Source: Bugula neritina
Lineage: Eukaryota > Animalia > Bryozoa
Reading direction: 5' to 3'
DNA length: 64,000 nt
Assembly (NCBI GenBank): GCA_964035545.1
Contig: OZ037766.1
Location: forward strand, 17,040,722 to 17,104,721
Shown here piece after piece: positions 1-12,754 of the stretch; within the stretch, counting starts at the first letter, position 1, and each line of letters starts with the position of its first letter. The notes beneath the pieces are model-generated. The model saw only the letters and a list, made by a program, of their open reading frames with translations, was not told the origin of the DNA and did not search any database. The position numbers and the translations under genes were made by a program.

Positions 1-237
1 ATAGGTGTCATGGACAATTTTCATTTTATTGTCAGATTTTTAGACAGTTGTGACTGTTAAGATTATTGTTAAATAAATCTTCAGTGAATAATGAACATTT
101 CACAATAGTTTAAATCAAAAAACATAAATAAATAATGATAAAATTAAATTACTTATAACAAAAACCAAACTCGTCAAGAGTCATCTTTCCGTATCAAAAA
201 TTTAATTTTCACTTAATTTGATAGTTATTTTTATGTT

Positions 238-803
238 CATAGACATGCTGACTTATAAAACATAAACTTTAAATTAGTAAAAACGCAGGGAGCAATGTTG
301 GAAAAACAAAGATGTTCACAAAGTTTAAAAAAAATTAAATATTTTCGCGACACCCATTTTAGTTAAATAACCTACAATGACTAAAATGGGTGTCAAGAAT
401 TTTGATTTGCATTTAGCATTGAGAACAGATATAATTTTACAGTTGACATCATTACACTGATTTTGCATTTTTACACAAGCTGAGTTAATTAAAAAGTTAT
501 GAAACTGCAACACGAGAACAAATAAGATTAAAATCATTGTGAACATCCTTGGAGTCAAAAACTGCGGGGTGTCACGAAAAATTCAATACATAGATTTTAA
601 CTTAATTTTAGTGATATTTTTTAGTTTTCAGACATGCTGACTGACGAACCATATACTTTAAACTAGTAAAAATACTGAGAGCAATATTAACAAACAAAAA
701 TGTTCACAAAATGTGAAAATAAAACTAAAAGTCTTTGCGACACCCATTTTAGTCAAAACCCCCACAAATGACTAAAATGGGTATCACGGTGATTTTTGCT
801 TGC
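238..803. repeat. Diverged direct repeat (copies about 390 bp apart), each carrying a stem-loop
   Basis: About 238-411 and about 629-803 are homologous (agacatgctgact...gcgacacccattttagt...actaaaatgggt). Stems are 349-363/380-394 (15 bp perfect) and 742-755/769-782. Confidence 0.75.
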
Positions 804-1702
804 AAGCGGACTCGAGCGTCTATAGCCAAGATGCCAAATCGAGTGCGTAGTACAGCGAAGATGCTGTTGACGTCGGGTCCTAACCAATAGGGTTTGGCCT
901 TATCTGTCAACGCCAGCTGCAGTTGCAACAGGGCCACACGAGGTGGCTACTGGGTGACGACTACCACGTCACTAAACTCCTGGATCAATTGTTCCACGTT
1001 CTCATTGCCAGTAAAGACAGGGGCCTTCAGGCAGTATCTATAGTCAGGTAGTTCCCTGTGAGCCTCCTCGTCCCGTGGCACTAGGTTTTCTAGAACAATT
1101 TGATTTTCGGGCTCACCTTTGTCTTGTCGTGGAGGTTGCACAGGTTCTTCTACCATGGCGGGGACTCCATCGCCAGGTGCTGCCATCTTAATCCTCCTTA
1201 TTATCTAGATAGCAGTTGCATTTGAACACAATTATCCCACCGCTGCCACCACTGTTGTAGTTTATTGCACTACTGATTTGGGCATTATTGTGCGCTGGTG
1301 TTTACTGCATCTCTGCTTGCGAGGTTATAGAGGTAACCGAACTAGTTGAGTGTTCGATGAATAACTGTATTATAATTAATTATGTACAATAAAAACAATC
1401 ACAATTACAATGAGAGAAACAACATAAGTATAAAACGTAGAGCGTTACATGTAGTCAACTAGTTATCTACTACTACTGTCCAAGACTGCTGTGGGCGCCG
1501 GCAGGCCTTGCTTATATATACAGAGTGGATCCTGATTAGATTACACAGGGTTCCGGCGGTGTCATCCGTAGTTACTAATAGGGCACCGCATAGACATGCG
1601 GAGTTGTCATCCTTGATGTTAGTTTCACCATAATCTATAGAGTCATGTTTAGCAGGGGGTACTGGGGGGTATACTTCTCTTAACCATTACAGTGTAATAA
1701 CA
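800..1702 (-). mobile_element. Truncated Ty3/gypsy-like LTR retrotransposon (5' LTR, PBS, start of gag)
   Basis: LTR 1253 to about 1691/1702 (TG...CA on minus; TATATAAG at about 1511-1518 and AATAAA at 1261-1266 on minus). PBS at 1234-1251. gag-like ORF from 1186 (KAPVFTGNENVEQLIQEF...*...ALLQLQLALTDKAK...LRTRFG) has an in-frame TAG at 947-949 and is truncated near 800. Confidence 0.85.
1234..1251 (-). other. Primer-binding site complementary to the 3' end of tRNA-Leu
   Basis: Minus strand TGGTGGCAGCGGTGGGAT lies one base after the LTR-terminal CA. The plus strand ATCCCACCGCTGCCACCA matches the 3' end plus CCA of metazoan tRNA-Leu(AAG/TAG). Confidence 0.88.
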
Positions 1703-1805
1703 CGGTTTAGTTTTATAGTGTGCTGTGCACTGCAGAGGATGTGCAAGTAAAGTTTTTAGAGGAAAGTAAGGCAAGGCTTTATTTCTTTATTCTCATTAAT
1801 TGCAG

Positions 1806-4800
1806 GTCATGTGTCAAAGGCCTTGATACGGAAAGCTGGAGAGCTTATAAAAAGAGAAGTAGAAATCCTCTCAACCAAGCGTGAGTTTGGTCACACTAGT
1901 TTCTAGAAAATAGTTTCCACAAACAATATAATATTCTTTCACTTATAACTTTTCTGACGTTTAATATGTCTTTGAGAACTCAGTTTCAGTCTTGTCGTAT
2001 GTAATGGTACCCAAGTAGTTTTTAAAGCAATTAGTGGCATATTTGGCAGAGCCATCAGAAGGATTGTGGGTAAGTGGTGCTGGCAATCTCAGTGCCAAAT
2101 TTATCTTCCACGTCAACTCGGACTTTGTGAAACCTATGACCTCAGAAAGCTGGTCTAAAATCATACGCACCTGTCTAGAAGAATGTGACAGACGAGAGCT
2201 TCAATCTATTGCCTTCCCAGCTCTCGGCTCTGGTGAGTTACTTCAGTTAAAAAGGAGGGATGAACTTGTGATATCTCTAGGTCAAGGTCAAACGTATAAC
2301 ATATCTTTACAGTTGAATTAGAAATCAGAAAAAGTACTAGAAATGTTTTTATGTTATTCACATTTCCTTTTAACATCCATTATGGTAGTGCTTTCATAAA
2401 GCATTTAATGTTTTACGCAGTTACTAAATCAAAAAGTGCAAAATAAATTGAAGTCAAATGGTTGACTAGAACTTTATAAAATCCCGGGCTAGAAATATGT
2501 TGTGAGAAAAGAAAAAAGTAAACTGTTTTGCAACCAACAGAGCTAAGTTCTTTACTTTGACTAAAATAATTAATTTTCTAAGCTTGAGCAAGAGATTAAA
2601 GTACTGATTTGACTTTCTTTGACTTGGTCAAATTTTTGACTTAGTCAAATCTTTGACTTGGCCAAACCTCTGACTTGAAAAAAGGTGATTGGCTTGCTGC
2701 GTGCTTGTCTAAGTGTCAAATTGATTGACTTGGCTTTTAGCATTTATAACAAAAATCTGATAAGTTTGTTGGATTAAAATATTTTAGAAAAGTTTAATGG
2801 CTAATGCAATTAATGTTACCTAAGTTATTAGTAATTTACTGAATAGTTTAAAAAGTTTCATACATGTATTTCTAGGAAATCATAAGCAGTCACCCATAGA
2901 CATGAATAGTTGCTTACTGAACTCAGCTGTTGAGTATTTGAGCTCCAACCCCAAAAGTTCTCTCCTCAATATCGACATCATTACGCTTCCAGGGAAGATA
3001 AAGGAAATTCTTGGCTTATTGCGAAAATTTGAAGTAAAGACACTCTTTCAACGTTTAACCACCAAATTTTCAAATCGTTGCTCGAAGCTACAACTGTTTG
3101 AAACTGGTAAGAAACTATGAAAGAGAGTCCTGTGACCCAAGTTTAATTTTTTGACTCTCACTATGTGACAGATATCTGTGTTTAGATTTTTGTTTATATA
3201 AAGAATACCTGCATTTAGATTGTTGATTCTGTGACGTGAACTTAAACTTTTGTCCTCTGTTTTTTGCTGAATTAGTAAGCGTCTAGTTTCGGTAGCAGTT
3301 TTTAATGTACAAGTATATGTAAGTATATGATACAGTAAATACATGAATGGCAAAGTTGGTCACTGAAAACTCAAGCCCTTTATGTAGGTGCTGTAGCAGG
3401 GGCCACTGAAGTATTTATTGAAGAAGAAACGTGTAAACTCGCCATATATGCTAACTCTCCACAAGATATTCAAAGGTGTAAACAGGACTTAGACACTAAA
3501 CTGGACAAAGCTATGGCTACTATTATTTGGAAGGATAAGCCAGGATATGCTGTTGACAGAGAGTTCATAGTTCAGCTAACTCAGAACCAGGTAGGTGAAG
3601 GGGTCTCGCCCTTCATGATACATAACTTGTTTCTGAATATATACTTTGAGTGTTTAACACTAATCTTCTGTTGTACTAGATTAGTAGAATGAAGTCTGAG
3701 GCTGATAATCTACACGTAAACCTGACTGTGGATAAAACAACTGCAAATATCAAAATCTATGGACGGCAAACAGAGGTTTTCAAAATGGCTGAAGTTGTAT
3801 CTGCACAACTCATGAATATAGAGAAGGGTGTGTTTGAAAAAAAGGAGGAGGAGCTAATGGCTTTGGTCCGGCAATGGCAGTATGAAGAAGATGAAGGCCA
3901 TTGGGCAAAGTTTGATTCATCTATAAACAAGGTAACTAATAGTTGAATGTTGAATAGTGTATATTCGGGTTGAAAGGTCACCTTGGTCACCTTTCACCGC
4001 CATGATTCTACGCAGGAGGCGGGTTTCTGCTTGGTACCAAGTTCGACCAGACTCCTCCATCAAACTCAATTTTCAGCGTACGTACCATATAGATCAAGTC
4101 ATCTAAGGTCTGAGTTTATTGTGTCACACCATTTTCGCTTTGGTATACCCCTAGGTCGAACTCCTTCAACTGTCATCTCTGACACTCTCGCGATGTCCTC
4201 ACTTTTTCTTTATCTAACATGCTCATAACACTGCACTCGTCTCTTCCTCATCAGGTATTTAACCGGCATCACTCTGGCCTCTGCTGTTATTTTTTCATTT
4301 GTCTTATGGTCCTCTAAACTTATATTCAAGCAGTATCTCAATAAGCGCATCTCACAGGATGACATTTCATCTGCCAGAGACTTTGTGATAGGCTGTGTTT
4401 CATTTTCATATAGCAGGGCTAGTTTGATATAAATCAGCATTTTCAGTGTTGTAGGCATTTTATTGATGCAAAGCACACCAGTTAGTTCTCTCCACTTATT
4501 CCAAGCTTTGGATATTCTTAGCTCAACCTCCCTGTGGCAGCCTCCATCTTTGTAGATTGTTGTGCCTAAATACTTGAACTGGGAATATTCAGGCAGATTT
4601 TACACTTTTTGACTGCCATCCATCTTCATCCTGATGTTTTCTTGATCTCCAACTGCTGGCAAATGCTCTGTTTTCTTTCGGCTTATCTTCAATTCAGCTG
4701 TCTTTATCTTCTCTCTTCAGATCTCTAACTTTATTTCTAGTCTTTCCTTATCACTATCACAAAGGATCAGATCACCAGCAAATAGCATTGCCCATTATTA

Positions 4801-7800
4801 TAATGAATAGCAGCGGGCTTAATGCCGATATCTGATGCAATCCAACTTCAATTTGGATTTTGTCTGTTTGTCTTTATACCCTGGTAGTTTCCACAGACTA
4901 GAGGGTCACCTTTCTGCTTATAAATTGGTGTTATTGTGCTCTCTCTCCAGTCTGGTGGTATCCTTTCAGAGACAATTTTGTTTAAACATGCTGTCATCCA
5001 GGTGTTTCCTCTCTTTTTTAGCAGCTTTATGGTGTCAACTAGTAGCTGGTCTGGCCCTGTGGCTTTGTTGGTTCTCATCTTTCCTATTTGGGTGTTGATT
5101 TTGCCTTCATGGTTTTTTGGTATTGGCCCTTGCACGGGAACTGTTTGGGGGGGGGCAGTTCCTCCCTATGGTTCTCATTATTTAGTTAACCATTAAAATA
5201 CTTTTTTCATCTTTTTTTGATTTGCTCACCTTCACACAGAATCTTTTCATCTATGTCCTTGACAAAAGGTATTCTGTCAATATCCCTAGATCTCCGATGT
5301 CGGGTTCTAGCTAGGCGGTGGATGATTTTTGGTCCACTCTTCTCTAACACATCATATAAGTTTTCTGATACTGTGAAGAGGAAGCTACAGCTGTTAACAA
5401 CATATTATTGTCTATACCTCACATCGAGTCAAAATAAAGAAATCGAGAAGGTAACTCCCAAATAGGAAGATATGTAAAATCAAGATCGATATATGTAAAT
5501 GTAGGAGTTGTACTACTATGTGCCATTAAAAGAAAACTTGCCTTCTCATGATAAAAAGTCAAGAAAAATAAGAACCACTGCTCGAACAAGTCAGTTGTTG
5601 GAGTGGTTTTGAGACTGATAGATATAATTGTTGTTTTTGGCGCTATCGCCATCTTCCGGATTTCTAAGATTATTATATTTTGCAATTAGCCCTTAGCCGT
5701 TATAATATTATACTTACTAAAAGAAAATTCTACATTTTTTTTATTACTGTTAGTTTTATCGTTCTGTCTTTTTGCCTGAATCAACTGCGCAGTTAATTTT
5801 TGGTGTTACAATAATATATTAATATAGTGCATATTATTCAATTTGTTCACATTCAATTGTATATTATTATTAATTTCTCTCTTTGTTTGTGATTACATCA
5901 ATATGTGTACAAAACGTAACCAATTCTAGTATCTCAATTGTTAGTAGAAAGTAAGTCGGATATTTGTCTCAAAGTTATTAAAAAGTAATTCCTGTGTTGA
6001 TACCCATCTGATCTTAAAATAGTAACAGTTTTATATAACATAAAAATCTGACATTTACATTCGCATAACCACAGCTGAACAGTAGTAGACCATAATATTT
6101 TTAGTCTCACTGAACACTTCCCTTTATCATACTCCGACATAATAGTTATAATAGATATTAATATAGAGATTTGAACTCTACTACTCAGTTCCACTACCAG
6201 ATCCAACACCGCGGCTACAAACAGACATCTTAACATTGGCTTTGCTTTGCGCTACTCTACATGAGCACGTCATCATTGCATCTAAAAGAACGTTATGATA
6301 GTTGAGTGGGCCTAAGTGACAACTATAACAATAATTGACTCTTCAACTGCTTATTTTGCTACATGGCTACCTTTTCCTTGCTTTTCTTGTTCAGGCTAGT
6401 GTATCGTTCTCTTGTTTCTTCTTTGTTATCTTCACTTGCTCTTTTTCATTTATTCCATGCATCTCTCTTCTCTTTCACTGCTGACTGTACTTCTTCATTC
6501 ACCACCATAACTCTGTCTCTAGGTACTTTCCTGCCACTGACTCTCCGAGAATCTTTTTAGCTGCCTCTATAACCATTGGATAGGTTTCTACCCACTGCAA
6601 TCGTTCCTCAGTATAGATTCCATCTAGCTTTTCACTCAGTTTCTCTAAGAGTTTTTTCCCTTCCAGCCTTCTGAGTTTCCACCAGCTAATCTTGCTTTTC
6701 TTTTTTCTGGATCTTCTCTTATTCTTCTTGGCTAAAATTTCAACCACCAGAAGCTGATGCTGTGACGCTACAGATTTCCCCTGGATCACTTTACCATCCT
6801 TGATCTTGCTAATGCTTTCTCTTCTAATCCTGATGTAGTCAATCACAATTTGATTTGGTCCCCTCTTGAAAGTGTAGGTTTGGGTATCACTTTTAGTGAA
6901 GAATGTGTTCACCAGTGCCAGGTCGCACTCCCTAGCATAGTTCAAAATCCCCTCTTTCTCTTCATTGATGTTTCCATGTGTCTTGCCACCATTCCATTTT
7001 TTAAAACCATCTCTCTCTACTTCATTGAGGTCTCCGGCAACAATCAGTTTCTCTGATGTGGACATACTGTCCGATGTTGCCCTGAGTTGCATCCAGAATC
7101 TTTCATTTTCTACTTTATATCCTTGTGCCGCTTAGGCTGGCACAATGTTATAGGTTCCCCAAGGCATCACTAGCTCCATGCTTATTAATTTATCTGATTT
7201 CCTCTCTACTCCAACAGCCTTGTTCTGCCATTCCTCTTTCATGCAAATAGCAACTCCAATTTTTTGGTCTTCTTCCTCCACTGTAGTAAAGGTTAATGCC
7301 TTCACCTACGTTTCTTGCTTTTCCTCCAGATTTTCCACTTGTCTATTTTGTTTATTGCAGGCATAGTATGCCAATGTTTCATCTCACCATTAAAATGGCA
7401 ATCTCTTGACTCTTAGCAGTCAGCGTACCAATGTTTAGGGTCGCTGTTCTGATTTTTTGTGGCCTTGCTCGCATACTTCTCACAGGCTCAACAGGGCAAT
7501 CTAACCTCTGCGAATCGCTTAACACGGGGGATGTCTTAGCATGGTCTGGTATCTGTTGACTTTCAAACATATTTGTTTGAGGTTGTGGTGTTTTACCGAC
7601 TGGATGTTTTTCCTGTCTCCGAACCCGCTGTCTTTATCTGGTCTTGGGGCCGGCTGAGTTTTACACCTATATACTTGGGTTAAAAGCTTGAGTACAAAGT
7701 ATAAGAATTCTCAGTTCATCAGTGTATTAGTTTGTGTTTTTATTAAACAGGCATTGGAAGACACATACCTAAAGAATGCTACCGCTTTTTACTCGTATGA

Positions 7801-10800
7801 GACATCAGATGGTGCAAAGGTTCAAGTTGACATTGGTGCAATGAAGTTACAATGTGGCGGTACAGAAATGAATGTTAGACGGTTGGATCTTAGCAAACCT
7901 CAAAGTAAATACTTCTACTTAGTGAAATGTGTCTGAATTATAATTTCTACAACTAATACATGAATACACTTGAACATCGCTGCACTTTCTGTGTGTTGTG
8001 TCATTTCCTTCAGTACTTCCTGTGCCGATTGCCTAACGAGTTTTTCAATATTGTCATGTATTTTGTTTATGTATCACTTTTATTATTTGTGTATGGTCTT
8101 CCTTTGGTTTCAACTTCTATGTGTAGGTGGCATTTAATTTTAGATTGTCATTACCTCTTTGTTGCATTTTGAACATCATAATCTAACCAGTCTGATGCTT
8201 TACTCGGAACTAGCAGCTTTCTCTATTTCAGTTGGTCATCTTATACCTTGTTATGATCAGCTAAAATTGTAGTATTCTTACATTTGCTATTAGCGTATTT
8301 TTATGTATTTTTATCTGCTATTGTTGAGCCACATGAAGCGGATTTTTGTACTGACAGCTAGCAAAACCGTTGCACAAGCAGAAATTCCAGATGTTTTTTG
8401 TGGGTTTCATGCAGTCAAAATGCTAAAATACATTGAAACTTTTTTGTGGTGGTGCTCATTATTTATACAGTTTTACGTTTTTATTCTAACTAGCTGTACA
8501 TTATTAAAAATAGGGATTGAGATTTTCAAATGAAATAGTTTATAACAGGACAGTTGAACTATTGTCAAATACAATTGGTCACTCAAGCTTTGTTTTGTAG
8601 AGCTAGTAGCTTCAGCAACAAGCTTTTATCAATATGGTTTTGCATGAGACATTCTGCTGAATGTAGCCCAAGATTTAATACTTTAGGTTCTTTCACCAGC
8701 TTTTCAACTTTATGTCTACTCACTCGACAAACCTGAAACATATTTTGTATAATTTTGCTTTTTTTTATAAACGCCTGCCTTCATTTCTTCTTCGTGTGTT
8801 GGGTAATGTGGACTATGTACCCACCTGTATTAGACCATCTATATTTCTAAAATGTAAAAGGATGTTGTCTAAAAAGATATTATCTGAAGAAATGTTGTCT
8901 GAAAGGACTGTGTCTAAAAGGATTTTGTGTGAAGGGATGTTTTCTGAAGGAACATTGTCTCTACCGCTCTTCCAGTATCCATCATATTATTTTGCCCTAC
9001 TCTATTAGTTGGATGTTGAATGTATTTTTGTATATCCTCAGCAACTGAACTCAGCCCACCATCAGCATGGACTAAACCTATAGACGCGTACAGAGAGGTG
9101 ACGATCGGGGCAGGTACCTCTGAATACAAGACTGTAGAGACTGCTTTTATGTCTACTTTGGGAGCAGGTGGCAACAGCATTATAGAGGTAAACATGTTTT
9201 CTCAGCTATATTTTGCTCAATATTAACTGATAAAAGTTCAAAGCAGCTGCTCAAGTGTTCAATTATTAGTATCCCAATAATCACTATACATTCACCAGCT
9301 TTCAATGGATTGATCCCAGTGAAATCAATCCATTGAAAGAAGATCCATCTCGGTCAATCTGAGCTGGTCTCTCTGTTCAGATCTATCTCAAGTCAATAAG
9401 ACCTGATCTAAGAAGTAGAACAAACTGCTCGCTAAAATGCTGTGTGCTAATAAGAATGATAACTTATTGTTTATGGCTAAGCAAAGTACTGAATAATGAC
9501 AATAGTTGCCTCTTCAGATTGATCCATGGAAAGCCGGTGTTTGTTCAACCAGTCAAATTTTCTCTGTGCAGATAAAACGTGTCCAAAACCCAACACTCTA
9601 TAAGCAGTATCTACTGCTGAGAAAGGAAGTGGCTAAAAGACTGAGAAGACAAGAAGATCAAGTAGAGACAACTTCTTTGTGGCACGGTACAGATGTGGAC
9701 ACAGTGTCTAAGATTACTGCTGGAAAGTTTGACCGTGGTTATATTGGCAAAAATGGTATTTGACGTACTTATTAAGAACATGTTCCATAATTGTTTAAGT
9801 ACAGCTCTAATCTAATTTACATTGGTTTGAGTACATCATAGTAACATAGCTTGATCTTGAATATAGGACAATTTTCTGTGATAAACCTCTAAACTTCTGA
9901 TAACTGCTACAAGATCTTGATTTTGCTGCAACTCATTTTTGCTTCTATAAATTATATTATTTTAGCTAAATTATGTGCTATAGTATAAGTTGCATTAGTT
10001 TAAAGAATTACATATAAATAAAATATGATTGCAGACTTTTTCAGGAATAGAATGGAGTTCATAAATAACTCGTATTACAATATATTTCACAAAAACACTT
10101 ACTAATTGTACAAAAGTGTTTTGCTTACTAAAGTCAAACTAGCTAGCAACACAGAGAATCAATAATAAGTACAATCTAACCTATTTATTACATAATGTTC
10201 CCATAACCAGGTCATGTTCAAACATGAGTGCAAGCATTAGTAAAGAAGCTGTTGTATTAGTAAAGGGGAAGAATTTTATAGGCTATTGAGCCTTTTCAGA
10301 AGTATCCCTTCACAACTAGGAGTTGTGTCCTCCTAACATGAAAATTTTAATTAAACTGCAAATCAAGATATATTTTAATACTTTTTTAGCACGCATTGCA
10401 ATATTGTTATATAGCCAGTTCTATCTTGAAGAAAATTTCCTTAATAAAATGGACAAATACTGGAATACTACAACTTTAAAATGTGTTTTTTTTCTTTAAA
10501 ACGTTATGTGACTTTTTAATTTTGTAGCTGCAGCTTTTGGAAATGGAACATACTTTGCTAAGAACTCCAGTTACTCAACACAGTCCAGGTATTCGCCGCC
10601 TGATGCAAGAGGATACAAATACATTATACAGACTAGAGTGATCACAGGGGACTGGACTAAAGGGGCAAAAGGAATGAAAGCAGCTCCTTACAAAAACAAC
10701 TCTACAACTGAGCAGTATGACTCTGTAGTAGAAGATATTCAAAACCCAACAATATTTGTTGTGTTTCACGATGCAGCAGCCTACCCAGAATACATCATCA

Positions 10801-10811
10801 AGTTTATATAA
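1806..10811 (+). CDS. PARP14: PARP14/PARP15-like mono-ADP-ribosyltransferase (macro domain, KH-like linker, WWE, PARP catalytic domain); 5'-partial, 9 exons visible
   Basis: Exons with AG/GT ends and consistent phases: 1806-1880, 2050-2232, 2876-3106, 3388-3590, 3680-3931, 7751-7904, 9042-9187, 9572-9755, 10528-10811 (TAA). Motifs: macro GHVSKALIRKAG and SIAFPALGSG; WWE QWQYEEDEGHWAKFDSSINK/ALEDTY...VRR; catalytic IKRVQNPTLY, LWHGT, FGNGTYFA, YDSVV, PTIFVVF, AYPEYIIKF. The symbol indicates family resemblance only, not proven orthology. Confidence 0.93.
2608..2680. repeat. Short tandem repeat of about 18-bp near-palindromic units (tttgacttggtcaaa)
   Basis: ttgacttggtcaaatttttgacttagtcaaatctttgacttggccaaacctctgacttg, in a PARP intron. 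Confidence 0.7.
3977..7669 (-). mobile_element. Decayed RTE-clade non-LTR retrotransposon (APE endonuclease + RT), internally deleted and interrupted by a solo LTR
   Basis: Endonuclease motifs TLNIGTL, AGDLN, IDYI, SQHQLLV (6499-7460). RT-region KATGPD...PDWRESTITPIYKQKGD...CGNYQGIK, VGLHQISALSPLLF, MLFAGD (catalytic FADD mutated), FKYLG, EMRLLR. Many stops and frameshifts. Degenerate 17-bp TSD: tatattcgggttgaaag (3960-3976) and tatacttgggttaaaag (7670-7686). Confidence 0.9.
5374..6345. mobile_element. Solo LTR (972 bp) inserted in the LINE
   Basis: Begins TGAAGAG and ends CTCTTCA (TG...CA, 7-bp inverted ends). Perfect 4-bp TSD ACTG at 5370-5373 and 6346-6349. Removing it rejoins the LINE frame (AK*AV|SENLYDVLEK). 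Confidence 0.8.
8858..8962. repeat. Minisatellite, about 15-bp unit (aaggatgttgtctga-like), about 7 diverged copies
   Basis: Periodic tgtctaaaa/tgtctgaaa/ttctgaagg units in a PARP intron. Confidence 0.75.
9299..9339. repeat. Perfect 16-bp inverted repeat with 9-nt loop
   Basis: ctttcaatggattgat (9299-9314) / atcaatccattgaaag (9324-9339). Confidence 0.85.
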
Positions 10812-10848
10812 CGATTAGGTGATGCCTACAGCATCTGCACTTAATATA

Positions 10849-11045
10849 CAGTGCTCCATTCATATCTCATGGTTCCATTTCTCGCAAAATTTCATAGGTC
10901 ACGAGAAGGGCTTGGCCCCCCTCTCTTGTGGCTTACGTATGTGTATAGGGACAAGATGGCCGAATTTAACAGATCCGTGAGTTAAATCTAGTATTTTACT
11001 ATGTCACAAATCACCTAAAACTTAGTGAGATATGGAGAAGCACTG
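10849..11045. mobile_element. Tc1/mariner-type MITE (197 bp) just downstream of the PARP stop codon
   Basis: TA|CAGTGCT...AGCACTG|TA, with imperfect TIRs of about 20 bp (cagtgctccattcatatctca / tgagatatggagaagcactg) and a TA TSD. Confidence 0.8.
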
Positions 11046-12754
11046 TAGTGCACACTTTATAATAACTCCTACAGTAATATGTAATATGTGTAAGAATAGA
11101 GTGGGCTATAGACATGTTATGTACATGCATACATATTCATAAATTTATATTATATAAGGTTTTATACCACATTTAGTGGTATGCAGCTTTATGTTATTCA
11201 AACACCGATTTTCTTTTTATTGCTTTTATTTTTATATGTATATGAAACACAAGTTGATATTTTACTTAATTTTATAATAGCCTGCAGCAGTTGCATGGTT
11301 ATATTTAACTGGTTCTATAATACATTTTATACTGCTACTAAATATGAGTCTAATTATAATAGTTCTTTACTTTACAGCTAATAAAAACATGATTTTATGC
11401 ATACTATGCTTTCCATCTACTTTCTCACTCAGCTTTCCTGTATATCCACACAACATTTTATTATATTATTCATCCATATATACCCACAGCACTATAATAT
11501 TATTAAGTCATTTAGCTGCATACCTATACACAACATTATAATTATTATTATAATATTCTTCAACTGTACTTTTACATTATTTTATTCTGGATATAATTAA
11601 TCACTACACTTCATAAGAGTTATTAAACTGGCTTCATTTTAGATAAAACCAGTGAACAGTTACAATTTGCACACACAGTAGATTTAAATCTAGTAAATAA
11701 AAAAGAACATTATCACAATTATCACTTGTGGGTTTACATGTATAAATTTTAATTTTTCAACGATTTAATGTTTGCATATTGTTTTTTCATGAGTAAATAT
11801 TTGATTAAGATAACGAATTTGTCATGCTACCACTTGGTGTGCTCCATGCTTTCATTATTCCCATTGCTCTCCTTCTTCCAATTTGTCCCCCCCCACTTAC
11901 TCCTCATGTACAACTCCCCATGCACTCGTATATATTATACATGTTGCTCATCTCTTCATCTATGGTTGCTTGGTGGAAATATACTGATCTCCATAACACT
12001 GCTTCTGGTGACATTTTTACCTTTAACTCAACTTCCTGTGTGTATCCTCTAGTTCAACTGTGTTAACTCATAGAGAACTGCAAGGAAAAACTCTACATAT
12101 TATGCTCAGTACTGCTTTTATTCTAGTTAAGCCACCACTTCCCTCCCCTTCAACTCTGCGGGCAAATGTCTTGATGCATGCTCACCCTACACCTCTCACC
12201 TCCAGCCCTCATCCCACTGCATACACATTGTTCTTCTTTTACCAAAAAATCACCTCCCGCTCTGACCTGTAAATTTATCAAGTAGAGAAACCCTCACTCA
12301 ACACACTGACGCAATTTATTTTATTATTAGCAAGCCAGCCAAACTAAAAGTGCATGTATTTACAGGATGTATGTGTGTGCGTGGTTGCGTGTGTATGTAT
12401 GTGTGCGCGTGGCTTTTTACAAAGAGAAGGTAAAAGAATATGGGTAGCTGAGGATGTGGGTAAGTGAGTGAAGGAGGGAGTGAGGGATAGATGGAGGCTT
12501 TAGAAATGGTTTTATTCAATTTCATATATAAAAAAAAGTTGACAAAAAATCCTCAATTTCATGATGAAATAGAAAATACTATGTGAATATTGCGATTTCC
12601 ATATTTGGGTCCATCGGCATAAAATGCATGGCCTGACATTCCTTGCTTTAGGACTGCAAATTGTTAAAATGCAGTAAAGGGGGTTTCACTGGAAAAATTC
12701 TTAACCTGCCTTTACACCTTTGTGGCATATCTGGTCCAAGATTAAGAGATTAAA

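Noticed and set aside
1234-1251. tRNA-Leu 3'-end match suggesting a tRNA gene or integration site
   Set aside because: Only 18 nt including CCA, adjacent to an LTR end; this is a primer-binding site.
11181-12525. Cluster of short hydrophobic ORFs downstream of PARP
   Set aside because: AT-rich low-complexity sequence with no motifs or splice-consistent structure.
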